Origin: a virus
Taxonomy: Duplodnaviria; Caudoviricetes
DNA: 59,836 bases
Reading direction: 5' to 3' (one strand)
IMG/VR virus record: IMGVR_UViG_3300014838_000022
Coordinates: 1-59,836 of that record
Below, one piece after another: positions 48,952 to 59,721 of this stretch (the stretch's first letter is position 1; each line of letters starts with the position of its first letter). Position numbers and translations under genes: made by a program. The notes under the pieces are model-generated. The model was given only the letters and a program-made list of their open reading frames with translations, searched no databases and had not been told where the DNA came from.

Positions 48952-49774
48952 CTTATGATTTTTATTATATTGCCATTGGAAGAAGAGGGCAATGACGAGA
49001 AGGAAGGACACCAGTATCATTACGGGGTATAGGGTACAAATGGCGCACCACACTATTAGGATGATGATTGGTATTAGGAGGACAAGTAAGAGTATGTTCA
49101 TATGTTTATTTATTTATTTATTTCTCATGCAAGTGTTGAAGTATTAGACGGATGCAGAGAAGGAATATAAGTAACCCGAAGAACAATGAAAGTGTGGAAA
49201 ATATGAGACTATATGCCATGACAATTATATGTCCGAGGACGCCAATAAATACAAACAGGCACCCGAGTCCAAACAGGAGGATCGAGGAGATACCTATGAT
49301 TAATACAAAGAGGTGAGCTAAGAGTTTCATATGTTTACTTGTGTGGGTAAAATGAGATGAAGAATGAAATAGAGGAGTATAGCAAATAATAATAAGCCCG
49401 TGAGAAGTATTAATATCATAGCTGTTACCATCTCGGAAAATGTCAATGGGTGTCTAAATCTTATGATATTCGATACAATGAATACACAACCACCAACCGT
49501 GATTATGAATGCAAGGGCTAAGACAAATATTGAGAATGTGGCATAAGTTATCATATGTTTACTTGCGTGGGTAAATGAGATGAAGGATGTATTGAGTTGA
49601 GACAATTGACACGCAGGCACATCCCCATGATATAAACAATATTTCGAGTTTGGTGAGAGCCATGAAGCTATCATGTCCCAATACTGCACGGACAATAGTG
49701 AGACACACGAAGAAAAAGAATATAGTCAATACGATATTGAATAACAAATGGATGGCTTCTTTTAATAGTTTCAT
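48952..49774 (-). CDS. Tandem cluster of four small hydrophobic (about 2-TM) proteins
   Basis: ORFs 49559-49774, 49327-49554, 49118-49330 and ~48952-49101; Leu/Ile/Phe-rich with related C-termini. Confidence 0.55.
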
Positions 49775-49998
49775 ATATGATTATTCAATCCCATTCGTGG
49801 GGTTATTTTAACGGGAACATTGGGAAAATTGGTCTCAACGTATTTTACTCCTGTGTCATATTGAGCATGAAACATAACACTCAACGGCTCTTTAGTAATG
49901 AATGGAGTGGGGGAAGGTAGATCATCAAGATGTAATATCACAAGGTCCATTGAATAATCGAGAAGGATAACATGAATTTTTGATATATTCATATATGT

Positions 49999-50379
49999 TT
50001 AAGTGACGGGGTTAAGGGATGATTCATCGAAATCAATGGGATCGTCCATAAGGTCAACCATGATGGAGGCACCGGGGATAGACCAATAAGAGGTGCTTTC
50101 GGGGACACCGAACCAAGTATGTTCAAACAAATTTGCCACCGTAGTCCAGTCCTTTTTTTGGACGGCGAGGTCAAATTGAACTTCAGGGCAATCGAGAGAT
50201 GTGGCTTTTATTTGTTCACACGCCGCTAGACGAACACGCTCTACATTGGGAGCAGTGATAGGCAGATTGGGACGTAGATGAATCTTACGATGAGTGTTGG
50301 CAGGATGGTAACTTTCGATGAAATAACGCAATACGTATTTGTTCTCAATCACCTTGGCAATCCAAAGGTCTTTATTCAT
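49999..50379 (-). CDS. Hypothetical protein
   Basis: 126-aa ORF. Confidence 0.6.
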   Translation of the reverse strand: MNKDLWIAKVIENKYVLRYFIESYHPANTHRKIHLRPNLPITAPNVERVRLAACEQIKATSLDCPEVQFDLAVQKKDWTTVANLFEHTWFGVPESTSYWSIPGASIMVDLMDDPIDFDESSLNPVT

Positions 50380-50893
50380 AGCAGTATCAGTGTTGGGTTA
50401 ACCTGCTAACGGCTTCCAATCTTGGGAAGGACTATCCTTGGAATTGCCATTCATCCATTCCAACGCCCAAAAAGCGGAGTCATAGACATAATCATCCCAC
50501 TCTCCATCGTCTCGCTTCATATCAATGTCATCAAAACTCAAATTGTCCCGTAGGACTTCGAGTTGGGCATTAATGGCCCCATCATTATCATCCCCGAATC
50601 CACTTTGGGACGGAATATGGGGTTTCAAGTCGGAAAGAGATTTGATTTCGGCTGCTATTTGCTCAGAAGTTTTATTCATACACCAACTATACCACACGGG
50701 GATAAAAAGTCAAGGGATATTTACCATCCAAAATCATGGTTTTCTCCGCCATTTCCATGCCACGATTGCACAATTACCAAGGATTATTATCCCCCAAGCG
50801 GTGATTATAGCTGAGAGCGTGGTTTTAATGGCTGTTAGACCCATAATAAGTAATAGAAATCCAACAACCAAAAATACAAGAAAGACAATAATG

Positions 50894-51637
50894 TCAATGA
50901 GTTGAATCATAATATTTGTTTGGAGGCAAAACTCTTATCACCTTGAGCTTTTTCACTCGCAATTTATCAGCATTCCCTGGCAATCCCCCGAAACAAATAT
51001 CCTCTCGCTTCACTTCCACTTCCAAGCATATTAATTTGTTAGTTTCTTCTGGAGTACACAGCCCCATGAATTCTGGACGAATTCCAACTCGAAATACATG
51101 CAATCCAGGGGCACATTGTCGGTCAGAAACAACCGCATATGGTATCTCCAAAGTTGCCCCTATATCATATTTGATCGGGCTAGAGCGTCCCCATCCAGGT
51201 GACATGAAGTTGAATTTAACCCATTTCCATGCCATAAACACCTCGGGATGGATCGCTATAAAATACTGGTTAAGATAAGCGGTTGTGTCCTCTTTGCCAA
51301 TGTTGGCACGGTCTCCAATTCTGGCCTCGTCGCCAATGTTGGCCCCGTCGCCAATGTTGGCCCCGTCGCCAATGTTGGCCCCGTCGCCAATGTTGGCCCA
51401 TTTGCCAATTGTGGCCACGTCGCCAATTGTGGCACGGTCTCCAATTCTGGCCCCGTCGCCAATGTTGGCCCCGTTGCCAATTGTGGCCCCGTTGCCAATT
51501 CTGGCCCCGTCGCCAATGTTGGCCCCGTCGCCAATTTTGGCCCATTTGCCAATTATAATATGACGAGACGAGAAATCATTTTCGGTAGGATTTTCAAAAA
51601 GTTTCCAATTGCCATTTTCTTTGAGATATATTTTCAT
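50894..51637 (-). CDS. Hexapeptide-repeat (left-handed beta-helix) protein
   Basis: About 14 IG(D/N/K)xAx repeats encoded by an 18-bp tandem repeat at ~51295-51555. Confidence 0.85.
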   Translation of the reverse strand: MKIYLKENGNWKLFENPTENDFSSRHIIIGKWAKIGDGANIGDGARIGNGATIGNGANIGDGARIGDRATIGDVATIGKWANIGDGANIGDGANIGDGANIGDEARIGDRANIGKEDTTAYLNQYFIAIHPEVFMAWKWVKFNFMSPGWGRSSPIKYDIGATLEIPYAVVSDRQCAPGLHVFRVGIRPEFMGLCTPEETNKLICLEVEVKREDICFGGLPGNADKLRVKKLKVIRVLPPNKYYDSTH

Positions 51638-52629
51638 ATAATCTGTTGGGCGTAGTATTCCTAATTGGTTATTCGCAATCTTGACAGATCAGTTAAGGCG
51701 GGTCCAGCGGCGGGCGTCACTGAGGCGTGTGAATTTCACAATAGTAGGTCCAGCCCCATTCAACCCGACAGTCTTAGTTTCGACTGAAAATTTGAATGTC
51801 GAATCACCTTCGAGGACGTTAATCTTGTAGCCGTTAACCACAATAGGGAAGATGTTGGGAACGGCGGCAACAGTGGGGTCGATGATGTTAGTTTTATTTG
51901 ATTGTGTCATAATGGTATTAAGATAGCAGAGTTTTTTTATTTGTCAAGTGGGTTTCTTAGTTCGTTCGATGTATTGATAAAGAATGCCAAAGAATATACC
52001 TATGGCGTCAAAAGCAATAGTTACGAATGCCAACACAATCAATGTAATCAGAACTATATGCGGAATGTGGTTCCCGGTCAGAAGTATTGCTCCCGAGAAG
52101 ATGCATGTCGAGCAGAATCCAACCATACAGCTTGCCCATAAGACAATGGGCATGACTGTCAAAAATAATTTCATGCCAATAATATAGCACAAATCAGAGG
52201 ATTGTCAAGGAGAAGATGTGGTATTCAATGACATATTAATAACATGGGTTAACAGCTCTCCTGTTACTCCTATTCCGCATAAATCAACGAGTGGGTATAA
52301 AAACTGCTTGGGCTTCCTTCCTCAAATAATACACGTCCATCCTTTTGTGATTTAATTTGAAAAATTGCTCCGTGATTTCTACATGCAATGCAAAATGTGT
52401 GAGGTTTTATATATGGAATTCCCCATGGAGTATCTTGAAGATGCCCACAAATTGTGCATGTTCATTTTTCATTCAATCGGTCCTTCATATGGTCCTATAC
52501 TTTTTAAAGCAGCATCCCGACCACAATTACATGGGGTATTACTTGAATAGATATTGCCACTCGCTTGCTCACACCACGGTTTGTGTGGTGACTGTTCGAT
52601 CCATTCTTTTATAATGTTAGTATTGGGAA

Positions 52630-53379
52630 TCATAAATCTAAATAGCCCTCGGGCAAATAAAGAGGTTTGCATGATAGAAATAGTTCTCGAAAGTATGCTT
52701 TAGTGCCGGGGATACCACCTTGGGAATCAATAAACTTATGTCCCCACTTGGCGATGGCTTTTTGATGTTCAAGTGACTGAGTATGATGCACATTATCCCG
52801 ATCTTCTTTGGTGGGAGCCGGTGGGATTTCATCATCAGATTTGTATCCAGCCTCAGCCATAAGCAATGCATATTTCCATGCGGGGAGTCGAGTAAGCATA
52901 TCGTTGCTTTTCAGGTGACGAAGAGCGGCACTTGCCTTCTCTTGAGTGACGTAAACACCTTGGGGATAATCGACTTTATACACTGATTGGGTTATGGCTT
53001 CAACCTTCTCGTGGCAGTCGATACATAATAGAACACACCATTGCCTTGCTCGGCTCTTATCTTCGACCGGAAATAATTTGCGAATAACGTGGGGGATTAC
53101 GTGATGAAGGGTCAATTCTTTGTTAGCGCCACAGATAACGCATTGGTTCTTGATGACAGCAATTTCAAATATCGTGGGATCACGTTCCACTTTAGCGTCG
53201 AAATTAAGCTTAATAGCACAAGGATAACCCTCGGGCGGTGTGACTTCAACTGCAAGATTACGCTCCAGATACCATCTCACTCGTTTGCCGTTAACCGTGG
53301 ACAGAGGATTGCCGCTTTTGGATAACACAAGGGCATTACTATAGTATTTGGGATCGTGTAAACAGCGATTACGTCTCAT
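52630..53379 (-). CDS. HNH-domain nuclease
   Basis: WYLERNLA...NQCVICG...LTLHHVIP...LLCIDCHE. Confidence 0.8.
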   Translation of the reverse strand: MRRNRCLHDPKYYSNALVLSKSGNPLSTVNGKRVRWYLERNLAVEVTPPEGYPCAIKLNFDAKVERDPTIFEIAVIKNQCVICGANKELTLHHVIPHVIRKLFPVEDKSRARQWCVLLCIDCHEKVEAITQSVYKVDYPQGVYVTQEKASAALRHLKSNDMLTRLPAWKYALLMAEAGYKSDDEIPPAPTKEDRDNVHHTQSLEHQKAIAKWGHKFIDSQGGIPGTKAYFRELFLSCKPLYLPEGYLDL

Positions 53380-54078
53380 ACGTCAGTCCATTGTCTGACG
53401 GGATACCATTTCCAAAAACAACAGTCTCCCCGCTCTTGAAGTTCCCATAGATGTTTGTAGGAGAAATAAACAATGCGATACTCGTCCATCTTGACCACGA
53501 CCTTGAAGTCCTTGGGCTTAAAGACTGCCAGCCAAAGAACTTTAGCCACTAATTTCAAATCATTTAACATAGTTAATCAATTTCCCTTTTAAGAGCATGT
53601 TGTCGTAAATCTTCCCTTGTATTTTATTGCACCGCTCACATTCCACTCTCGCATTAAACGTGGGAAAACACCACTGATACACCGCATCCTTGTGAAAATG
53701 CGTGCCACATAGGGCTTTGTCGTTCTCAACAAGATGCGTAATCCCACCAGTTCTACCGGGGACTCCGAAGTAACCAATCGTAATGCAGCGGGTATCAATC
53801 ATACCGTACAATATACCACAGTTCCCACTATACGTCAAGCCTTTGATCGTAAAAATGTGCTTTGGCTAATAAACATCGGCGTATTGTCCTTAATACATTT
53901 GAGTTCCGCTTCGAGGGCGGCAATCTTGGTGTCCTTCTGCTTAAGGTCTTTCTCCATCGCCTCAATCATCAGAGTGAGGCGAGCATTGTCGTTAGAATTT
54001 ATCATAATTAAATTAACTTTTAGGATAGGGCATCCTCTAATATTTTCAATAGTTTTCGAATATTGACTGCATCTTTTT

Positions 54079-54381
54079 TCATATCACTGTTTTCTTTCCT
54101 GTTTTCGAATCATATTTGATCCCCAATGACCCTAGAATTGCCACAGCCTCCTCGTATTTAATTCCTGCATCGTGTATTTGTTCTTTGGTCTTACACTCGG
54201 CTATAGAATCAAAGAAGAAGTCGGCGTGGTTAACTATGATTTGAATTATTTCCTCGGAAGATAGCAGGGACATTACCCGTTCTCCGGGAGGATTCGGGGT
54301 TCGTTCGTGTCTCACGTATTCATTCCCTTCTTCCCAAGGGTTTAATGGTGGTTCGGAATATGCATCACTTAGAGTTGCCAT
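54079..54381 (-). CDS. Hypothetical protein downstream of cas3
   Basis: 100-aa ORF. Confidence 0.55.
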   Translation of the reverse strand: MATLSDAYSEPPLNPWEEGNEYVRHERTPNPPGERVMSLLSSEEIIQIIVNHADFFFDSIAECKTKEQIHDAGIKYEEAVAILGSLGIKYDSKTGKKTVI

Positions 54382-54444
54382 ATGATTATTTATTCATGTG
54401 TTGAATTTCAGAATATGATAATGCTTTGTTGTAAATATTTTTAG

Positions 54445-56775
54445 CTATCTTAAATTCATCATTATTTTTCCAATTCCAGATTCGTCATCATAGTCCTCAT
54501 TCCACACATAATATTCTTTCTCATCAGTTGTGGTTATTATTTTTAAGTCTATTAACGCTTCAATTCGTTCAATCTTGGTGAACCACAGTTGAATGGAATT
54601 TCTTACAATTGCATTATAGGGAACTTTCTCTCCTGCTATAATCTTCTTTACCAAATCTTTATCAATAATTACAGTAGCAGTAGCATTGTCAATAACCTTA
54701 AAATTATTATTAATCTCTTCAAATTGTCGATCATCTTCCATCATTAAAAGTTTACTCCCCCTACCCTTAGATATGATACTTAACTCCATTCTAACTAATT
54801 CGGTGCAATACGATGGAGTGAGGTTATCGAATAGTGTACTATTAAAGACTTGAATGCCTGAGAGTAACTGTGGATTAGCAGTGAACATATGATTTATTCC
54901 AACTAAGCTTGGAGACCAATGATAAATATATACTGTAGCGTCCGTCGAAATGCTACCACGATTAATTCTTCCCATGAATTGAAATAGATTAAGTGGGCCA
55001 CATTTCTCTCGCCATCCCACATCAAATGATATATCAACCCCACACTCAATGGTTGAAGTAGCTAATACCAAGACCTTCTTGGATTTATCTTTAAGTGATG
55101 TTTTTATATTCTCAAGTATCTTCTCTTTATGTGTAGGAGTCTGATACCCCGTTAGTTCGTATATTATCCATTTATCCAATCCATCATACCTACGTAAGAT
55201 ACTTGCTAATACTGAAGCATTGTTAATAGTATTACAAACAACCAATCCACTATGCTTAATGGACATTTTGTCGAGAATATGATTGATGAAGGAATCTAGG
55301 TTCATAGCATCTTTAATTATGTCAATCTTTACTCGTTTGTGTTCGAGGTCTTGGAACATTTTATAGGTAGACTTAGCAATGATGTCATGAACTTCTATCT
55401 CGGATTCGTCGAATATATTCCAATAATATGCCGATGTTCCTGAGCTAAAAATGAAAGAGCAATTAAAATTTATAGATAAGTCTTTGAGTAAAGGAAGGAT
55501 ATACTGCCAGTATTCATGTGGCATACTCTTGTCAAATTCATCGAAAAAGAACACCGAGTTGGCGAACCAATGAAGTTTTCTACAGCGACCGGGGCGATTG
55601 TTGGCTAATGATTCGAAGAATTGAACTGCGGTTGATACATTAATGGGAGCATTCCATTTGTTGGAATGTTTTCGCATCCACAACTTTTCAAACTCACATT
55701 TACTGTGAATTTCATTGACGTTGTTTTCATTTTCTCCGTCCATCAATATTGACTTGCGATACTCATCAACGGTTTGACTTATAATGTTGGTGAAGGGAAT
55801 GATATTATAAATTCTGTCAGCATTTCTCTGTGCTGCCAATCGTAACATATAGGTTAATCCACTGAATGTCTTTCCTAATCCTACCGAGCCATCTAATGGG
55901 AAGAATGCGACATCATTGGGTATAGGTTCATTGAGACATGTTGATCGCAACTGTTGGCGGCTTTTCAATCGTTCGGGCGACACATCTGATGGCTTAAGAC
56001 GGTCAATGTGAAGGTTAAGTTTCTTTAATCGTTCGAGGGGAACCAGTTTAGTAAATTCAAAGGGATCGTATTTTTGATTATAAAATCTATCAGTATCAGT
56101 ATGATCTGCGTCCACTAAGCAAGAAAAAGCAATTCTTATTTGCAATGCCGATAACGGTATTTTACGACTAATATTAGTTCTCGGGACATATACAATACTA
56201 ACAACCGAGTCATGAATATTCTCATACTCATCAATATGAGCATTGATGTAGTCCATCACCGATTTCTCCGGACACTTAATCTTATATGTCTCTAAGATGT
56301 CTCGGTTATCCCTAAACAATCTATTATTGATTTTGTAATAGTAATTTGTTCTAATAGGATTGGATTTGTCTATGCATTCTTGAGCCATTGGATTTTGATT
56401 CTTAAGACCAAGATGGTGGGCATGAACCAGGAAGGCAGCTACAAGATAAGAAAGATTTTCGGTTTGTTCATACTTTTTAATTAGAATAGCAACACCAGCG
56501 TCCACATGATTGAGCATCTTGGCATCTTGATTGTCATCATTATCACCATTCAAGATGACTTGAGCCGATGCATCTAACTTCCCAATGTCATGATAAAGCG
56601 CAGCTAAGGCCACTACATCCATCAAGAAAGCGACCTTAGAAGGACTGAGGTTGGTCTTCCGCAATGCATCCGTAATAAAAGTGCGTCCGTCGTTATATAC
56701 ATTAGTAATGTGTTCACAATAGGTCTGCGTGATCATTACACCACGTTTTTTGTCAGATGAGTGTGCCGCTATCAT
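54445..56775 (-). CDS. cas3: Cas3-like HD nuclease-SF2 helicase
   Basis: AHS, H..., YHDIGK, NHVDAG, HHLGL and FSCLVDADHTDT (HD domain); GLGKT, IPFTNIISQT, DEFD, SGT, TIECGVDISF and QFMGRINR (helicase). Confidence 0.88.
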   Translation of the reverse strand: MIAAHSSDKKRGVMITQTYCEHITNVYNDGRTFITDALRKTNLSPSKVAFLMDVVALAALYHDIGKLDASAQVILNGDNDDNQDAKMLNHVDAGVAILIKKYEQTENLSYLVAAFLVHAHHLGLKNQNPMAQECIDKSNPIRTNYYYKINNRLFRDNRDILETYKIKCPEKSVMDYINAHIDEYENIHDSVVSIVYVPRTNISRKIPLSALQIRIAFSCLVDADHTDTDRFYNQKYDPFEFTKLVPLERLKKLNLHIDRLKPSDVSPERLKSRQQLRSTCLNEPIPNDVAFFPLDGSVGLGKTFSGLTYMLRLAAQRNADRIYNIIPFTNIISQTVDEYRKSILMDGENENNVNEIHSKCEFEKLWMRKHSNKWNAPINVSTAVQFFESLANNRPGRCRKLHWFANSVFFFDEFDKSMPHEYWQYILPLLKDLSINFNCSFIFSSGTSAYYWNIFDESEIEVHDIIAKSTYKMFQDLEHKRVKIDIIKDAMNLDSFINHILDKMSIKHSGLVVCNTINNASVLASILRRYDGLDKWIIYELTGYQTPTHKEKILENIKTSLKDKSKKVLVLATSTIECGVDISFDVGWREKCGPLNLFQFMGRINRGSISTDATVYIYHWSPSLVGINHMFTANPQLLSGIQVFNSTLFDNLTPSYCTELVRMELSIISKGRGSKLLMMEDDRQFEEINNNFKVIDNATATVIIDKDLVKKIIAGEKVPYNAIVRNSIQLWFTKIERIEALIDLKIITTTDEKEYYVWNEDYDDESGIGKIMMNLR

Positions 56776-56781
56776 GTCCCT

Positions 56782-56871
56782 ATATTACCACGCTATAATG
56801 GCCAATGCAAGCTTTTATTCTTAGAAAATTCACAGAAAGGATTTGACACGGTTCTTTGATTCAGCTACACT
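56782..56871. promoter_or_regulatory. Divergent sigma70-like promoters for cas3 and cas12
   Basis: Minus strand: TTGCAT-N17-TAATAT (56810-56782), 6 nt before the cas3 ATG. Plus strand: TTGACA-N17-TACACT (56843-56871). Confidence 0.7.
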
Positions 56872-56910
56872 CGGGTCAGAATTAACCAAAATATAACGAA
56901 ATTAGTTACT

Positions 56911-59721
56911 ATGACTAAACCATCCACAGCAGATATTCCACCACAAGACGTAAAATCAACCAAAACCACGACTCTCAAAGTCATAGGTAATGATGTTAAA
57001 CTTAGATTGTTCAGCTTATTTGATCCATTTACACTTATTTGTTCTGACATCAAGGATAAAATATATCAATTGAAGGATGACGAGTCAACAGTAAAAATCT
57101 ACAACGATTATGTGGATGAGGGTAAGCGAGGAAGGGCTGCTGCAACCACAGTATTCACCAAAATCAAAGAGAAAAAAACCCCATACGTGAAGAATTCGTT
57201 CACAGGAAAATATAAATCAAATCCTATATTTCCTATCTATAAATGTCCTAAGAAAGGATTAAACTTTGCCACGGCTGGATGGCATTACACCAGTAATGCC
57301 GCTATTCACACTCAACTAGATTCATTGAATAAATGTGATAAAATTTGTAATGACGAGTTCAATAAGTTAAAGAAAGAGGTTGAAGACTACGATGAAACTC
57401 TTCATGAAGACTACGATGAACAATTGGTGGCAGATTTCTATGAATTCATTCAAGACACTATGTTATCGGGATGGAGTTTTGATGGGAACTTTCAAAAGTT
57501 CTTTGTCCAAGTAATGTTGCCGGGTCTTAAGAATGGAACTATCATCACCAAAGGCACCTATCGGCTTGGTGATAAAAAGAAAAGGTATTCTTTCTATACC
57601 CCCAAGTTGGCCGAATCCATTGCATCCAATTCTAAGTTTTGGGACTTGATGGCAAATGACACTACAGTTAGTTACTTCAACGCTAATCATTTACTCCAAC
57701 AGAAAAAAGAACATGCTGCCTATTCTAAGACAACCTTGGTTAAGGCTCAAGTTCGTCCCGTGTTCGCAAACAATGGCGTTAAGTTTTCTATTTCGTGTGA
57801 TGGCAGAATGGCCTATATGGCATTCAAGCTTCCTGCTGTCGATGGGAATCCTTCAGAATTGCTAAATGTTCCATGTGCCTATCAAAAATTTTACTTTGGT
57901 GGCGATAAGGCTGGGACTCCCCGTAACAGTTATTTGTCGGGATTAACCATTGAAGATAACAAAGATGGCACATATATTTGCCATTACTCGGTTAACAACA
58001 AACGTCCCCAAACCGCCCAGTTAAACGAGTGCTTTTTAAGAATGGTGGTTAAGAATAAAAATTGGGTCCAAAAATATTTGGATGGCACATTGACCAAAAA
58101 GGATGGTCCTATCAACGCCAGCTATTTCGAGTTCTATTTCGATTTATGCATGGGAGTAGTCGAAGCCCCTATTCATGATCTTACCAACAATGAAGTCTTC
58201 AAGAAAGGAGGCATTCGGGGAGGCATTCGGGCGTTTCATAGTTCTGCTTATCCCGAACGCAAAGACTTCGATAATCAATCAAGCATTCCAGTTCAGTTCC
58301 GTTGTGTTGTAGATAAGCCGTATAGACTCATGGGAGTTGATTTGGGTCAACGAAATCCGTTTGCATATTGCATCAAGAATAATGATGGCAGTGTCGTAGC
58401 CTCGGGACATATGGTTGGGGCTTCCAACGATAACTATAAAAAATATATCGAGTTCGGGAATGAGTGTGAGTATATAATTCAACTCATTAAAGAAACCAAG
58501 AACTATCTGTATGGAGACGACGATGCTATTGATGCAGATAACTATGCACGAGTGAAATCTACGTTACCCTTTAAATCCTATTTGTTGTATCTTACATCTA
58601 AACGTGGATTGGTTAATGTAGAGGATCAATCCAAAGGGCAGACGCATCTGCTACGAGCAGATGATGGATGGATGATAAAGGATTTGGTATATAAACAAAC
58701 AAAACAATATCATATTCTAAATGACGGACGTTATACTGACAATGATTGGAGGCAGACTCTTTATTGGGCGGATGCTATATCTCGGTTCATAGACCTTCAG
58801 AAAACATATAATAATTTCGGGTCTTATTACGATCATGCGAAGAAGACTAAAGTCAATGGAACGGGAAAAGGATTTTGCTCTACTTACTATGACCACATCA
58901 ATAATTTGAATAAGGATACATTTAAGAAATTTTGTTTTGAACTCTTGCCTATTATCAAGAAATACGGGGTATCATTGGTATGTGTTGAGAAATTGACTTC
59001 TATGTATGGTGACAAACTGAGGTCTGCGGATGATAATCGCATGTATAATATGTGGCCGGTTGGTCAACTCAAAACTTTCCTCAAAGGTGTGTTGGCACCA
59101 TATAAAGTAGGCGTAATTCAAGTTTCAGAGCAAGATACGTCTCAAATCGTCGATGGTAAATGGGCATATCGCCCCAAAGATGGAAATGCCGCTAATAATC
59201 TTTATTATTTAGATGTGGCTAACAAGATTCAATCGGTTCATTCTGATGAACAGGCAGCATTTAATATTGTGGACCGGGCTTTAACCAACCATACTAATTT
59301 ATATAGTTTATACATGGTAAATGTATTAGATAGCTATTGGGTGCCGAATCAAACATGGAATCCCAAAGAAATCGGTGGCAAGCTAAGTCGTGGGTTTCTT
59401 ACTAAATTGTATGGTACATCCAATGTGGTATTCATAAAACAATATAATAAGCTTATCAGGACAACCATTGGAATTAAAGAACTCAAAAAAATGGTTGGTA
59501 AGAGCAAGCCACTAGGCAAGGGCTATATGTATAGAGTGAATGAGACCGAATGGATTGACGGAGAATCTAAACAAAAATTGGTTGACTCTATTTGCGAGAG
59601 GCTAGGTGATACATCATCCATGCTCACCTCCTCGCAAGTCACAACTTCCACAAAATCAGTAGTTTGTGTAGAGATTGGACCCCCCAATAAGAATTCAACC
59701 GTGAAATCTTGTGAGGGTTGA
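56911..59721 (+). CDS. cas12: Type V CRISPR effector-like RuvC nuclease (Cas12b-like), 936 aa
   Basis: RuvC-I RLMGVDLGQRNP, RuvC-II LVCVEKL followed by RSADDNRMYNMW and TSQ, RuvC-III VHSDEQAAFNI; all three acidic residues present. Confidence 0.85.
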   Translation: MTKPSTADIPPQDVKSTKTTTLKVIGNDVKLRLFSLFDPFTLICSDIKDKIYQLKDDESTVKIYNDYVDEGKRGRAAATTVFTKIKEKKTPYVKNSFTGKYKSNPIFPIYKCPKKGLNFATAGWHYTSNAAIHTQLDSLNKCDKICNDEFNKLKKEVEDYDETLHEDYDEQLVADFYEFIQDTMLSGWSFDGNFQKFFVQVMLPGLKNGTIITKGTYRLGDKKKRYSFYTPKLAESIASNSKFWDLMANDTTVSYFNANHLLQQKKEHAAYSKTTLVKAQVRPVFANNGVKFSISCDGRMAYMAFKLPAVDGNPSELLNVPCAYQKFYFGGDKAGTPRNSYLSGLTIEDNKDGTYICHYSVNNKRPQTAQLNECFLRMVVKNKNWVQKYLDGTLTKKDGPINASYFEFYFDLCMGVVEAPIHDLTNNEVFKKGGIRGGIRAFHSSAYPERKDFDNQSSIPVQFRCVVDKPYRLMGVDLGQRNPFAYCIKNNDGSVVASGHMVGASNDNYKKYIEFGNECEYIIQLIKETKNYLYGDDDAIDADNYARVKSTLPFKSYLLYLTSKRGLVNVEDQSKGQTHLLRADDGWMIKDLVYKQTKQYHILNDGRYTDNDWRQTLYWADAISRFIDLQKTYNNFGSYYDHAKKTKVNGTGKGFCSTYYDHINNLNKDTFKKFCFELLPIIKKYGVSLVCVEKLTSMYGDKLRSADDNRMYNMWPVGQLKTFLKGVLAPYKVGVIQVSEQDTSQIVDGKWAYRPKDGNAANNLYYLDVANKIQSVHSDEQAAFNIVDRALTNHTNLYSLYMVNVLDSYWVPNQTWNPKEIGGKLSRGFLTKLYGTSNVVFIKQYNKLIRTTIGIKELKKMVGKSKPLGKGYMYRVNETEWIDGESKQKLVDSICERLGDTSSMLTSSQVTTSTKSVVCVEIGPPNKNSTVKSCEG

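Noticed and set aside
51248-51655. Several repetitive ORFs in alternative frames and a possible CRISPR-like periodicity
   Set aside because: All derive from the 18-bp coding repeat of the hexapeptide protein, and there are no unique spacers.
56911-59721. Calling the RuvC protein a simple TnpB transposon nuclease
   Set aside because: It is more than twice typical TnpB length, lacks the TnpB CxxC zinc finger, and has Cas12b-like motifs and a cas3 neighbour. The subtype still needs phylogenetic confirmation.
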